In this document: positions 8,713 to 17,607 of the stretch, piece by piece
Layout of the letters: each line of letters starts with the position of its first letter
How positions within the stretch are numbered: position 1 is the stretch's first letter
Origin: Nitrospinota bacterium
Lineage (GTDB): Bacteria; UBA8248
Reading direction: 5' to 3'
Length of the DNA: 48,167 bases
Assembly: GCA_028820795.1 (NCBI GenBank)
Contig: JAPPHK010000240.1
Location: forward strand, 1 to 48,167
Program-made: the position numbers and the translations under genes
Notes under the pieces: model-generated
Databases searched by the model: none
What the model was told of the DNA's origin: nothing
What the model saw: the letters and a program-made list of their open reading frames with translations, nothing else

Positions 8713-9870
8713 TTAGACACGCATCGGCATTACAACGTAAGTATAACCATCCGAGTCCTTCGGAGAGAGCACCCCAGGGCTCAGCGAATCCTTTAACTCC
8801 ATGCTGATTTGCTCTTCGTCCAATATGGAGAGCGCATCCAGACAATACCTCGAATTAAATCCAATCGTAATGTCGGTCTGCGCGTCCGATTCTATAATTT
8901 CCTCGGCTTCTCCCGCCTCAGAGCCGTTCGTCGTCAACTTCAACTGACCCGGGGAAAACGCAAACTTCACCATACGCGTTTCGTTGGTAAAAAGAGATAC
9001 CCGCCTGAGTGCCTGCGTTAAACTTTCCCGGTTCATCATAATGGAATACTCGTTGTTATCCGGGATCACTTGTCTGTATTTTGGAAATTCACCGTCTATC
9101 AGCCGGGCCGATAAGGCAATATTTTCCATTTGAAAAATGATGTGGTTTGGAGTGAGGGAGGCGGAAGCATCGTCTCCCGAAAGTGACAAACCCTGACCGC
9201 TTGAGACGTGGGTAAGAGAGACGGATACTTCACCCTCGATGCCCTGTAAGATTTTCACCAATTCTCCAAGTGCTTTTTTGTGGACAATCACTCCTTCGTT
9301 AAGCACCAATCCTTCACTCGGCCGCTCGATCATCGCCAACCGATGGCCATCCGTAGCGACGAGGCGCAGGATATCGCCTTCGGTTTCCATAAAAACACCA
9401 TTGTAGGTATAGCGCGTCTCATCCTGGGATATCGCAAACATCGTTTTTCGAATCATCTCCGATAAAACCGAAGCAGAAATTGTATGTGCGTCTGATTCGC
9501 CCGATTCAGGAAGTGCGGGAAATTCCGCGGGCGGCAATCCCGGAAACAGGAATTTCGAGCGCTCACAACGCATTTCAATCCACTGTCCGTCTTTTTCCGT
9601 AAAACGAACCTCTGATTCAGGAAGTTCTCGTACTATGTCGAACAATTTCCTTGCATTCAGCGTAACTTTCCCTGCTTCCTCCACTTCCGCCTCAAACATT
9701 CCCCGCATGCTTATGTCAAGATTCGTGCCCAACAAACGGATATTCTTGTTGCCTTCGGTTTCTACAAGCACATTTTGCAGTATTGGCATCGCGCTGCTTC
9801 TGTTTTCGACGACACCTTGTATCGTCTGCAGGGCTCTGAGCAACGTATCCTTTGATATGGCTAACTCCAC
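8713..9870 (-). CDS. dnaN: DNA polymerase III beta sliding clamp
   Basis: The N-terminus ELAISKDTLLRALQTIQGVVENRSSAMPILQNVLVE and the length (385 aa) are typical of DnaN. AAGGAG lies 8 nt upstream of GTG 9870. Confidence 0.9.
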   Translation of the reverse strand: MELAISKDTLLRALQTIQGVVENRSSAMPILQNVLVETEGNKNIRLLGTNLDISMRGMFEAEVEEAGKVTLNARKLFDIVRELPESEVRFTEKDGQWIEMRCERSKFLFPGLPPAEFPALPESGESDAHTISASVLSEMIRKTMFAISQDETRYTYNGVFMETEGDILRLVATDGHRLAMIERPSEGLVLNEGVIVHKKALGELVKILQGIEGEVSVSLTHVSSGQGLSLSGDDASASLTPNHIIFQMENIALSARLIDGEFPKYRQVIPDNNEYSIMMNRESLTQALRRVSLFTNETRMVKFAFSPGQLKLTTNGSEAGEAEEIIESDAQTDITIGFNSRYCLDALSILDEEQISMELKDSLSPGVLSPKDSDGYTYVVMPMRV

Positions 9871-10245
9871 AATACCAACTCCTTGTTATGGAACAGGGTT
9901 TTACGAATCATTGACCAGCATCAACTCGGATGTTGGTTTGATAATAGCAAATTAAAGGGTCTCGTGGGCATAAGATTCATATAAACCAAAGATGGATACA
10001 GGGCAAGAGGACGGATTTTTTGAAAATGACCTTATTTTCGTCCGGCGAAACTTGCTTCCACGTATTGGGGGGCGCAAACTGTCATTTCGCCATTATGAAT
10101 TGTTCAACAAGAAAAGAAATGTTGGAGCAGAAATACCATAAGACCATTCTTGAAAAAACGGAGACCGCAATTCTTGAATCCTCCATTTGAAATGGTAATA
10201 TGGCACGCTTGTTAATATGTTTGTTCTTTAACCTTTCTTTCTGCT

Positions 10246-10998
10246 ATGAACAAATCAATCTCCCAGCGCTCCATTCTCCACGTTTACGCACATCCTGACG
10301 ATGAATCCTTTGGAAATCCTGCCACAATTATGCTCTACGCGAACCAGGGCGTGCGTATGGGCCTCCTTACCTTCACGCGAGGAGAAGCTGGCCTTACAAA
10401 CGGCGTATGCCAGCCTGATGAGTTGGGCGATGTCCGAGAAAAAGAACTGAAAGACGCCTGCCACGTGCTCGGTATCAAAGATCTGACGCTTTGGAACTAC
10501 CCGGATGGTGGGTTGAAGTTCGTCGAGGAGTTGGAAATTCTACCTCGCATCGAAAAATTTATCCGAAACTTTTCCCCCGACGTGGTCGTGACGTATGGAG
10601 AAGACGGCGTTACCGGACATCCCGACCACATCGCCGTCGGCGGCTGGGTCACAACTGCTTTCCACCGGCAAGTGAGGAAATACCCCGGTGTTGCACCTAA
10701 GCGCCTGTACCACCGAATATCGCCACTAAAAAGACGCACCCTGTACAATCGCTCCGACCTCGTTTATCGGAACGACTACACGACCATAGTGGACGGGAGA
10801 AACTTTCCGCACGCGAGGCTAACAGCGCACGAATGCCATCGCTCCCAAAAACAAGCCACCGATTACACACAACCAAAAACGTTCGAGGCAGGGTTGGTGG
10901 ATTATTATGTCAGGCAGTACCCCGAATGGCGCGGAGGTCCGATCGAGGCCGATCTGTTCGGGGATTCACACCACTCCGATGAAACCAAATTACCCTGA
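10246..10998 (+). CDS. PIG-L/LmbE family deacetylase
   Basis: Motifs AHPDDESFG and GHPDHIAVG are characteristic of LmbE-like zinc deacetylases (the MshB/BshB type). Confidence 0.75.
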   Translation: MNKSISQRSILHVYAHPDDESFGNPATIMLYANQGVRMGLLTFTRGEAGLTNGVCQPDELGDVREKELKDACHVLGIKDLTLWNYPDGGLKFVEELEILPRIEKFIRNFSPDVVVTYGEDGVTGHPDHIAVGGWVTTAFHRQVRKYPGVAPKRLYHRISPLKRRTLYNRSDLVYRNDYTTIVDGRNFPHARLTAHECHRSQKQATDYTQPKTFEAGLVDYYVRQYPEWRGGPIEADLFGDSHHSDETKLP

Positions 10999-10999
10999 G

Positions 11000-11644
11000 T
11001 TACACTACCCTGCCATACGCGAGCCGCACATTTTTCACCGAAAGAGTACTGGCCCATTCAGGTATGTGAGTGCTCACGACCAAAGTGATTCCAGAGGCGG
11101 CTAACTCCTTGATTATTTCGACAATCAGCTTGCTGTTTTCCTCGTCCAAATGAGAGATGGGCTCGTCCAGAAGTAGCGTTTCCGCTCCCGCCGCTAACGC
11201 CCTGGCAAGGGCTACGCGCTTTTTCTCCCCTCCAGAGAGTTTTGCAGCGTCTCGGTGAATCAACCCTTCGCATCGCGTTTTGATAATGGCTTCTTCAGCC
11301 TCTTCATTCGCTTGCGATATGTTCATCCCGCGTGCACGGGGCCCATAAGAAACATTCAGCAACACGTTTCCACGAAAAAGATATGGCTCCTGGGCCAGGA
11401 GCGTGACCTTTCTCCTGTGCTCGAGTCCTGGTTTGCCGAAAATGATGGGTTCACCCTTATATCGGATGACACCGCCCTCGGGCGTAAGCAAACCCGCCAT
11501 CACACGCAAGAGCGTTGTTTTCCCGGAACCATTCGCTCCAGTGAGCAGCACCACCTCGCCGGACGAGACTGTCACCCTCTCGATGTCCAGAACCAAATCG
11601 GTCTCAAACCGAAATTTTACGTTATCCAGAAAAAATACTTCCAT
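11000..11644 (-). CDS. tupC: ABC transporter ATP-binding protein, tungstate-type by context
   Basis: Walker A (GANGSGKTT), the ABC signature (LSGGEKKRVALARAL) and Walker B (LLLDEP) are present. It is the last gene of the binding-protein/permease/ATPase trio. Confidence 0.7.
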   Translation of the reverse strand: MEVFFLDNVKFRFETDLVLDIERVTVSSGEVVLLTGANGSGKTTLLRVMAGLLTPEGGVIRYKGEPIIFGKPGLEHRRKVTLLAQEPYLFRGNVLLNVSYGPRARGMNISQANEEAEEAIIKTRCEGLIHRDAAKLSGGEKKRVALARALAAGAETLLLDEPISHLDEENSKLIVEIIKELAASGITLVVSTHIPEWASTLSVKNVRLAYGRVV

Positions 11645-11645
11645 A

Positions 11646-12332
11646 TCAGGACCTTTGAATGTAGCGAGAAAGCAAATTCGTCACGAAAATGATCGCCAAC
11701 AGCACAACGCCCAACGCGATCCCGAAACCGAATTCTCCTTTCATGCTTTCAAGCGCAATGGCTGTGGTCAGGGTTCGTGTATATCCTTCTATATTCCCAC
11801 CGAGCATCATGGCGATACCCACTTCCGATGATACGCGGCCAAATGCCGCCAACACAGCGGCCATCATCCCGAAGCGGGCTTCGCGCAGCACCGTCCATGC
11901 AACAAGCCCGTTCGACGCGCCCAATGTAAGGGCTGTTTCCCGTACCCTTTCATCAACGGATGCGACAGACGTCATGGAGAATACCGCCACGAGTGGAACC
12001 GCGAGGACAACCAATCCAATGACAATGGCCGAGGGAGTGAACAACAAGTCGGCGAAACCCAAAGGTCCTCGTCTGGAGAGAAAACCATATGCGAGCAACC
12101 CGATAACGACGGTCGGCAGACCCAGTGATGTCTGGAGCAGTGTGATAGCGAACCCGCGTCCTCTGAAGCGTCCCATCGCCAGCAAAAACCCAACCGGCAA
12201 GCCGATGAGAGACGCCAGAATCGTAGCCCAAAAACCTACTTTGATGGTCACCCAGGCGGCGAGCATCACCTGAGGATCCGCCCGAAGCACACGCATCAGT
12301 CCATCGGCAAATCCATCAAGCAAGTATTCCAA
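11646..12332 (-). CDS. tupB: ABC transporter permease, tungstate-type by context
   Basis: This is a 228-aa polytopic membrane protein lying between the TupA-like and ATPase genes, 1 nt from the ATPase gene. Confidence 0.7.
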   Translation of the reverse strand: MEYLLDGFADGLMRVLRADPQVMLAAWVTIKVGFWATILASLIGLPVGFLLAMGRFRGRGFAITLLQTSLGLPTVVIGLLAYGFLSRRGPLGFADLLFTPSAIVIGLVVLAVPLVAVFSMTSVASVDERVRETALTLGASNGLVAWTVLREARFGMMAAVLAAFGRVSSEVGIAMMLGGNIEGYTRTLTTAIALESMKGEFGFGIALGVVLLAIIFVTNLLSRYIQRS

Positions 12333-12353
12333 AACGCTCCTCCTCCAAGCCTA

Positions 12354-13181
12354 TCAACGGGAGTATTTCGCGTTTGGATAAAAGAGTTGCTTTCCCATGA
12401 GCCGAAAATCACGGATGATGCCTTGCCCCTCGGCGGATACAAGAAAATCGATATATTTCACCGCCAGACCAAACTTCACATGGGGATGACGCTTTGGGTT
12501 CACGGCGATCACGCTGTAAGGATTGTGCAAACGCTCTCCTCTCGGTCCTTGAATATTCAGGGATATCTTTCCCTTCGCAACAAGAGCGATATACGTGCCT
12601 CTGTCCGTAAGCGTGTATCCGCTTTTCTCGTCCGCCGCCATCAGCGTTCGGCCCATTCCCTGGCCCAAAGCGCGATACCAGGAACCAAACACGCCGACAC
12701 CGGCATCTCTCCAAAGCTCCATTTCCTTCTTGTGTGTTCCGGAATCATCGCCCCTGCTGAACCAGAGGCTTTTCGAATCCCTGATTTGGTGCAAAGCTTC
12801 GCTCACATTGAATGTCCTGAAAACCCCAGCAGGGTCCGATGCCGGTCCCACGATCACAAAATCGTTATACATGACGGCTCTTCTGTGAACACCGTAGGCT
12901 CTCTCCATGAACATATCTTCCGCTTTCTTTGCATGTACGAGCACAACGTCCACATCGCCATTTTGTCCCAAGCGCAATGCCTTGCCCGTGCCTACGGATA
13001 TGGTGTGCACGGAAACGCCATTTTTTTTCTCAAATATCGGATGTAATTGTTTGAGCAAGCCCGAATTCTCAGTACTCGTCGTCGTCGCAAGTTTCAGGCG
13101 CTCCTGCGCAGGAGCGTGGGTCCAAAACCCCAAAACCAACAAGAGGGCCAAGAAAAACCGCGAGAGAAAACACCGCGCCAT
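12354..13181 (-). CDS. tupA: Periplasmic tungstate-binding protein (TupA-like)
   Basis: A signal-peptide-like start MARCFLSRFFLALLLVLGFWTHAPAQ is present. Motifs ATTTSTENSGLL, GDVDVVLVHA and RGDDSGTHKKE match those I recall for TupA. The ORF-track start at 13304 would overlap the upstream gene. Confidence 0.75.
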   Translation of the reverse strand: MARCFLSRFFLALLLVLGFWTHAPAQERLKLATTTSTENSGLLKQLHPIFEKKNGVSVHTISVGTGKALRLGQNGDVDVVLVHAKKAEDMFMERAYGVHRRAVMYNDFVIVGPASDPAGVFRTFNVSEALHQIRDSKSLWFSRGDDSGTHKKEMELWRDAGVGVFGSWYRALGQGMGRTLMAADEKSGYTLTDRGTYIALVAKGKISLNIQGPRGERLHNPYSVIAVNPKRHPHVKFGLAVKYIDFLVSAEGQGIIRDFRLMGKQLFYPNAKYSR

Positions 13182-13191
13182 TGGAATGTAC

Positions 13192-13515
13192 TTATACTCT
13201 TGGTTGTTCTGAAGGCTCGAACGAAGGCGCACAACCCAGGATTTTGAGATCGATTTCATGAGAGAGCGCCTCGAGAAGCGTTTTTGTCTCGACTTGCGCG
13301 TCAATGGTTGAAGTCAGCCGTGCAAGAGACATGGGTTCACCATGTTCATTTTTCTCGGCGCAAGCATGAAAAGTTTGGTAATAGCCTAAATCGTCATAAG
13401 CTTCCAAAATCGCTTGCAAATAATTTTGTTGCGAAGTCGGCACGTGCAACCACCAGACAAGAGAACCATCGGATGATACTGGGTTGAGTTTCTTTTCATC
13501 CCGTAGGGAGGTCAT
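13192..13515 (-). CDS. Small hypothetical protein, DUF4911-like from memory
   Basis: The 107-aa protein carries the motif YLQAILEAYDDLGY, which resembles what I recall of the DUF4911 core. Its start overlaps the upstream gene's stop by 4 nt (ATGA). Confidence 0.4.
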   Translation of the reverse strand: MTSLRDEKKLNPVSSDGSLVWWLHVPTSQQNYLQAILEAYDDLGYYQTFHACAEKNEHGEPMSLARLTSTIDAQVETKTLLEALSHEIDLKILGCAPSFEPSEQPRV

Positions 13516-13916
13516 TCGCTCACTTGAATTCCACGTGCTGCTTGTCGAATGTACCCCGGCATTTCTTTTACAAACAAAGAGCGGGGCACTACCTTGTCAA
13601 AGCCCGCTCGCATCGCAGATTTGAGCAACTCCGGCTCGGTATGCTTGCCCCAGGCAATGGTGTGCGCGTCTTTATTTTTTTCACTGGCCTTTAGTTTTTT
13701 GACGAGTTCGCCTGCTCTTTCGCCACCTAGTTTGTGATGATGCAGGTCCGACATGAATAATGTAACTCGAAAACTATCAAGCGCCTCTTGAAATCTTTCC
13801 TCTGAATCGATGAACTCCAACAAAATACCTTGCGAACTCCCCTCTGCACGGATACCGCCGGAGAACATCAAATCAGAGCAAACGACAAAAACTCTTTTCG
13901 CCTCTTCCATCATCAT
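13512..13916 (-). CDS. Divergent stand-alone receiver (CheY-like) domain protein
   Basis: The 134-aa protein has a beta1-like RVFVVCSD, a candidate acceptor context TLFMSDL and a late FDKVVPR. The acidic pocket is not canonical (SD instead of DD). Its start overlaps the cupin gene's stop by 4 nt. Confidence 0.45.
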   Translation of the reverse strand: MMMEEAKRVFVVCSDLMFSGGIRAEGSSQGILLEFIDSEERFQEALDSFRVTLFMSDLHHHKLGGERAGELVKKLKASEKNKDAHTIAWGKHTEPELLKSAMRAGFDKVVPRSLFVKEMPGYIRQAARGIQVSE

Positions 13917-14308
13917 GAACCGTCTTTCTTCTCATGCAAGAATTCGTTTTTCGGTTCACCAACATAACCGGGCAAGTAGTCGATGCGTCCCGAGGACAAT
14001 ACCTCAATATATTTCGCTCCCTCAGGCCCCACGCCCGTTGCGCTATGGAAAACACCCCCCGGGATGGAAGCGAAACCACCGGGCTCGAGCCAATCCTCGA
14101 CCCCATCGATGTGCATTTTCAGTTTACCTTCCAGCACAACGATAAACTGATCTTCGGGGTGACTATGAATCGTGCTCTCATCGAACTGCGTGTCGCAAGC
14201 AATCTCGCCGCGTTGCATCGTCAAGCCATCCAACGCGACAGCTCGGCGCATGGTTCCCTTACGAAGATTCTGCGATTGCGGAATGTCTTCCCAGCGATGA
14301 AAACCCAA
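13913..14308 (-). CDS. Cupin domain protein
   Basis: The pattern HSHPEDQFIVVLEGKL ... PGGVFHS fits the two cupin motifs, in a 131-aa protein. Confidence 0.65.
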   Translation of the reverse strand: MGFHRWEDIPQSQNLRKGTMRRAVALDGLTMQRGEIACDTQFDESTIHSHPEDQFIVVLEGKLKMHIDGVEDWLEPGGFASIPGGVFHSATGVGPEGAKYIEVLSSGRIDYLPGYVGEPKNEFLHEKKDGS

Positions 14309-14377
14309 TGCCTAGTCCTTTGTCTTTGGCCTATCTGCCCCCAGGTCGACAGATACACAACTGGTGAGGGGAGATCG

Positions 14378-15784
14378 TTAGACTTCCACTTCCTCACCCA
14401 AGAGATCGATAAGGCCATGGATATTTTCGAGCGTATCGATTTTATAGAGCATCGCTTCAATCAAGGCGATCTGATTGCTCTCGTACACCAAACTAGTGCA
14501 CTCCGTGAATTTCTCGTAAAGCTCCTCGCGATCCATGGGGCGTTGGGGAGTGCCTCGGGAGATTTCCGACATTTTCTCATGCACCGTCCCGTCTTCCAGT
14601 TCTATCGCCACCTTGCCGCGAATGAGTGCGTAACCCTGGGCTTCGATTTCATCGTCCATGAAGGGGTTTACCTTTTTCATTATCTCCACGACGTCGGGGC
14701 GCCTTACGACTTCGTCTTTGTATTGAGCGATGCCGGCCGCGCGCTCCAGCAGCAAGATACCGAAACCGAACTGCAAAGAGAATTTCGCCTCCAGTTCATT
14801 TTGTGGCTCTTTGTAGCGCAGGGGCTCCAAAACGCGCGAGGTGGTACCGAACCGCAACTCTTTCACCTGGTCGGGTTTGATGTCGTTTTCCAGAATCAGG
14901 TCCCTGGCGGCATCCATGGCGGGGTGCGCAAGGGAGCCGCAAGGGTAGGGTTTAATCGAAACGCCCGGATCCACCGCCGACCAGGCGTTTCCGAGTTTCC
15001 CGACGATGTAATCCTTATCGCAGCCACCACCCATGATTTGGAAAAATCCCCACTGCCCATCGAATATCGTGGGGTCTGAAGTGTAGCCGCCCGATGCCAG
15101 TCTCGCCGCCACGACGCCGTTCTCCGCCGCCCGCCCGCAATGGTAGGGCTTCGTCATCGTCCCAAAATTCGCACGCAGACCGGCGCTTTCCGAACAAACG
15201 ATTCCGTAGCACATGCGCAATTGGTGCTCATCCAATCCCATCAACTTCGCCGCTGCAGTCGCCGCCCCGATTGCGCCGATCGTTCCCGTGGAATGAAATC
15301 CATTGATGTAATGATCCGGCCGAATCGCCTCCGCCACCTTACATTCCACTTCAAAGCCGAGCGCAAATGCGGTGAGCAACTCCTGTCCTGTTGCGCCCAG
15401 CGCCTCGGCAAGGGCCAGAGCAGAAGGCAGCACTGGACATGTGGGGTGAGTCAACAAGCCGTAAACGCGATCCGGATAGCTGCTCAACTGCGTATCGTCA
15501 TAATCCATCGCGTGGCCGGCGACGCCATTGGCCAAAGCGGCGAGATGTGCCGGCACCGTCATGCCGGTACCGATTACCCGCGCCTCGGGTTCTCCTCCAA
15601 TTTCCTTAAGGTAGTTTTGGATAACATGACCACTTTCTTCCGTGGAGCCCGCAACCATCAGACCGATTCCATCCACGAAACAGCGGCGCATGATCACCCG
15701 TACATCTTCAGGGATGTTTTCGTACTCCGTATTCAAGACGAATTCGACGACGGCATCTGTGATGAGAGAATCTGAATCGCTCAT
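14378..15784 (-). CDS. MmgE/PrpD family protein (2-methylcitrate-dehydratase-like)
   Basis: The 468-aa protein has the N-terminus ITDAVVEFVLNTEYENIPEDVRVIMRRCFVDGIGLMVAG and the internal motif GFHSTGTIGA, typical of the family. Confidence 0.8.
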   Translation of the reverse strand: MSDSDSLITDAVVEFVLNTEYENIPEDVRVIMRRCFVDGIGLMVAGSTEESGHVIQNYLKEIGGEPEARVIGTGMTVPAHLAALANGVAGHAMDYDDTQLSSYPDRVYGLLTHPTCPVLPSALALAEALGATGQELLTAFALGFEVECKVAEAIRPDHYINGFHSTGTIGAIGAATAAAKLMGLDEHQLRMCYGIVCSESAGLRANFGTMTKPYHCGRAAENGVVAARLASGGYTSDPTIFDGQWGFFQIMGGGCDKDYIVGKLGNAWSAVDPGVSIKPYPCGSLAHPAMDAARDLILENDIKPDQVKELRFGTTSRVLEPLRYKEPQNELEAKFSLQFGFGILLLERAAGIAQYKDEVVRRPDVVEIMKKVNPFMDDEIEAQGYALIRGKVAIELEDGTVHEKMSEISRGTPQRPMDREELYEKFTECTSLVYESNQIALIEAMLYKIDTLENIHGLIDLLGEEVEV

Positions 15785-15818
15785 AACCTCACCTTTCTGA
15801 AAAATCGTTGATAATGGA

Positions 15819-16013
15819 TCAATTTTTTTTCTTCTCCACCCATTCTGACGCAGGATTCTGTGGAACAGTAATCAATTTCACCTGGGGTTTAGGACAAAAA
15901 TATCCGGTTAATGTTGAAAAAACCGACGTATTCGAACAAATCCCACTTAGAGCGAAAATTAAAAGCCCTGACAATAGCAATGTGCCCAGCAACCAAATCA
16001 CACCACGGGTCAT
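15819..16013 (-). CDS. Possible small membrane-anchored protein (64 aa)
   Basis: An internal ATG at 16013 has GAGGGA upstream. The product MTRGVIWLLGTLLLSGLLIFALSG... has one clear hydrophobic helix. It lies 34 nt upstream of the PrpD-family gene. I see no family support. Confidence 0.3.
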   Translation of the reverse strand: MTRGVIWLLGTLLLSGLLIFALSGICSNTSVFSTLTGYFCPKPQVKLITVPQNPASEWVEKKKN

Positions 16014-16476
16014 GACAGATCCCTCGAAACCCCCAGCTTCTAGGTGAATCGAATACAGATGAAGGAGGCGCGTCGTTTTTCGGTTAGCAAAAAATAAAAA
16101 ACGAGTCGTCTCGCTCGGCGACCCGCGATTCGAATCACTGTACAGGGAGATGATATTCTTTCCCTGTGTCTTCAATGACCCATTGCAGTAATCACAAAAA
16201 CGAAACCTAGCAAAAACCATATCGATCGGCAAGGTAAAATCACTTTTTTCTCTATTTCCATTTTACATATCTCAATAAGACTGGAATAATAAGAGGAGAA
16301 AGGGGTAGGAGAACCCATGTCCAGCATTATGCTTTATTCGCCGGGAGTGGATCCGTTGATTTAACGGGGTTTATTATTTTTTGCTTTTGCTTGTGATTTT
16401 TTGCGCAAGCGGAGCGGACTACTAGTCTGATGGCAAAATGCGTATCGTTACGACATCCAAATAAGTGGAGTTTCAA

Positions 16477-17589
16477 ATGATTTTAAATATTGAAGCCGGT
16501 GACATCCTGCCCGCAAAAGATGCCATCGCTTTGATGGACCAAGCAGACCTCGGACCTTCCATCGATGTTCCTGAAATTCCCGAAAACGCTCATCCCGAGA
16601 ACATCACGGAAGAGGAGAGGGAGTTCCTGCAAGGCGAGGTCAGGCGTCTCAAGAAAGAAAGGAACGCTCTAATCCTGGCGCATAATTATGTACCCAGAGA
16701 TATTCAGGACGTATCCGATGTCATCGGGGATTCATTATTCTTGGCCCAGCAAGGCGCCGCATCGGATGCGGATTATCTCGTCGAGCCATCCGTCTTGTTC
16801 ATGAATCAGATTTTGGCCGCTCTCAAGAAACCCCACCAAACCGTTCTGGCCCCCAGCCTCGATGCGCTCTGCTCTTTGGCCGCTCATGCTGACGTGGCTA
16901 AAATTCGGGATTGGAAAAAAGAGCATCCAGACGGAATCGTTATCAGTTACGTAAACACGTATCTCGAAGTAAAGGCAGAGAGCGATTACTGCTGCGCGTC
17001 CGCCAACGCGGGCAAGGTCACCCTCCACATCCTCGAAAACTCAAGGCCCGAGCAGCCCATATTGTTTTTGCCCGACGTATTCCTGGGCTTCTATGCCGCC
17101 AAGCTCCTGGAGAGCAAGGGTCATTCTTTGGACCGCCTCCATCTCATGATGGGTGCGTGTCACGTACATGAGAGAATTCGTCCGCACCATGTTCTGGAAC
17201 AGCAACAACTACACCCCGAGGCTATCACCGTGGTTCACCCCGAGTGCGGCTGCACCAGCGCCTGTATGCGCCAAGTGAACGAAGGCATCGTGCCCGAGGA
17301 TATGCTCCAGTTCCGATCGACTCAAGGAATGATCAAGCTGGTAGAGGAAGTCCCGCACTCGAAAGTCATCGTGGCTACCGAGGTCGGAAACCTCCATCCC
17401 ATGTCCAAGGCGGTTCCGGACAAAACCTTGATACCAGCGAGCCGTGAAGCCCTTTGCGCCTACATGAAACAAAACACGCTGCATAACCTGTATGAATGCC
17501 TCCGGGACCTAAAACATGAAATTACCGTAGATCTGGAGCTGGCTCGACGCGCACGAATTCCCATCGAGCGCATGCTCGAAATCGTATAA
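16477..17589 (+). CDS. nadA: Quinolinate synthase
   Basis: The motif LKKERNALILAHNYVPRDIQDVSDVIGDS and conserved Cys-containing segments (YVNTY..., HPECGC) are present. GGAG lies 8 nt upstream of ATG 16477; the ORF-track start is GTG 16465. Confidence 0.9.
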   Translation: MILNIEAGDILPAKDAIALMDQADLGPSIDVPEIPENAHPENITEEEREFLQGEVRRLKKERNALILAHNYVPRDIQDVSDVIGDSLFLAQQGAASDADYLVEPSVLFMNQILAALKKPHQTVLAPSLDALCSLAAHADVAKIRDWKKEHPDGIVISYVNTYLEVKAESDYCCASANAGKVTLHILENSRPEQPILFLPDVFLGFYAAKLLESKGHSLDRLHLMMGACHVHERIRPHHVLEQQQLHPEAITVVHPECGCTSACMRQVNEGIVPEDMLQFRSTQGMIKLVEEVPHSKVIVATEVGNLHPMSKAVPDKTLIPASREALCAYMKQNTLHNLYECLRDLKHEITVDLELARRARIPIERMLEIV

Positions 17590-17607
17590 CTCCGATTACC
17601 ACTCGAC

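Noticed and set aside
9871-10245. Possible oriC next to dnaN.
   Set aside because: I found no cluster of DnaA-box-like 9-mers by eye and no adjacent dnaA. Only generic AT-richness, typical of a divergent promoter region, is present.
13182-13304. Long N-terminal extensions offered by the ORF track: TupA to 13304, MATE to 24320, HAD to 32354, the XDH-family gene from 38217, paralog 4 to 44979 and the MscS-family gene to 22567.
   Set aside because: The extensions overlap neighbouring genes or add non-homologous residues. Internal starts give signal peptides, paralog-consistent N-termini or better SD motifs.
13934-15079. 381-aa plus-strand ORF antisense to the cupin and MmgE/PrpD genes.
   Set aside because: It has no recognisable motifs and its composition is odd. 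It fully overlaps two minus-strand genes that have clear family signatures, so it is a typical shadow ORF.
16380-16464. Possible NAD+ (nadA-motif) riboswitch in the nadA leader.
   Set aside because: I could not identify the tandem bulged-stem architecture or its conserved nucleotides from memory. This needs an Rfam/Infernal scan, so it is not claimed.
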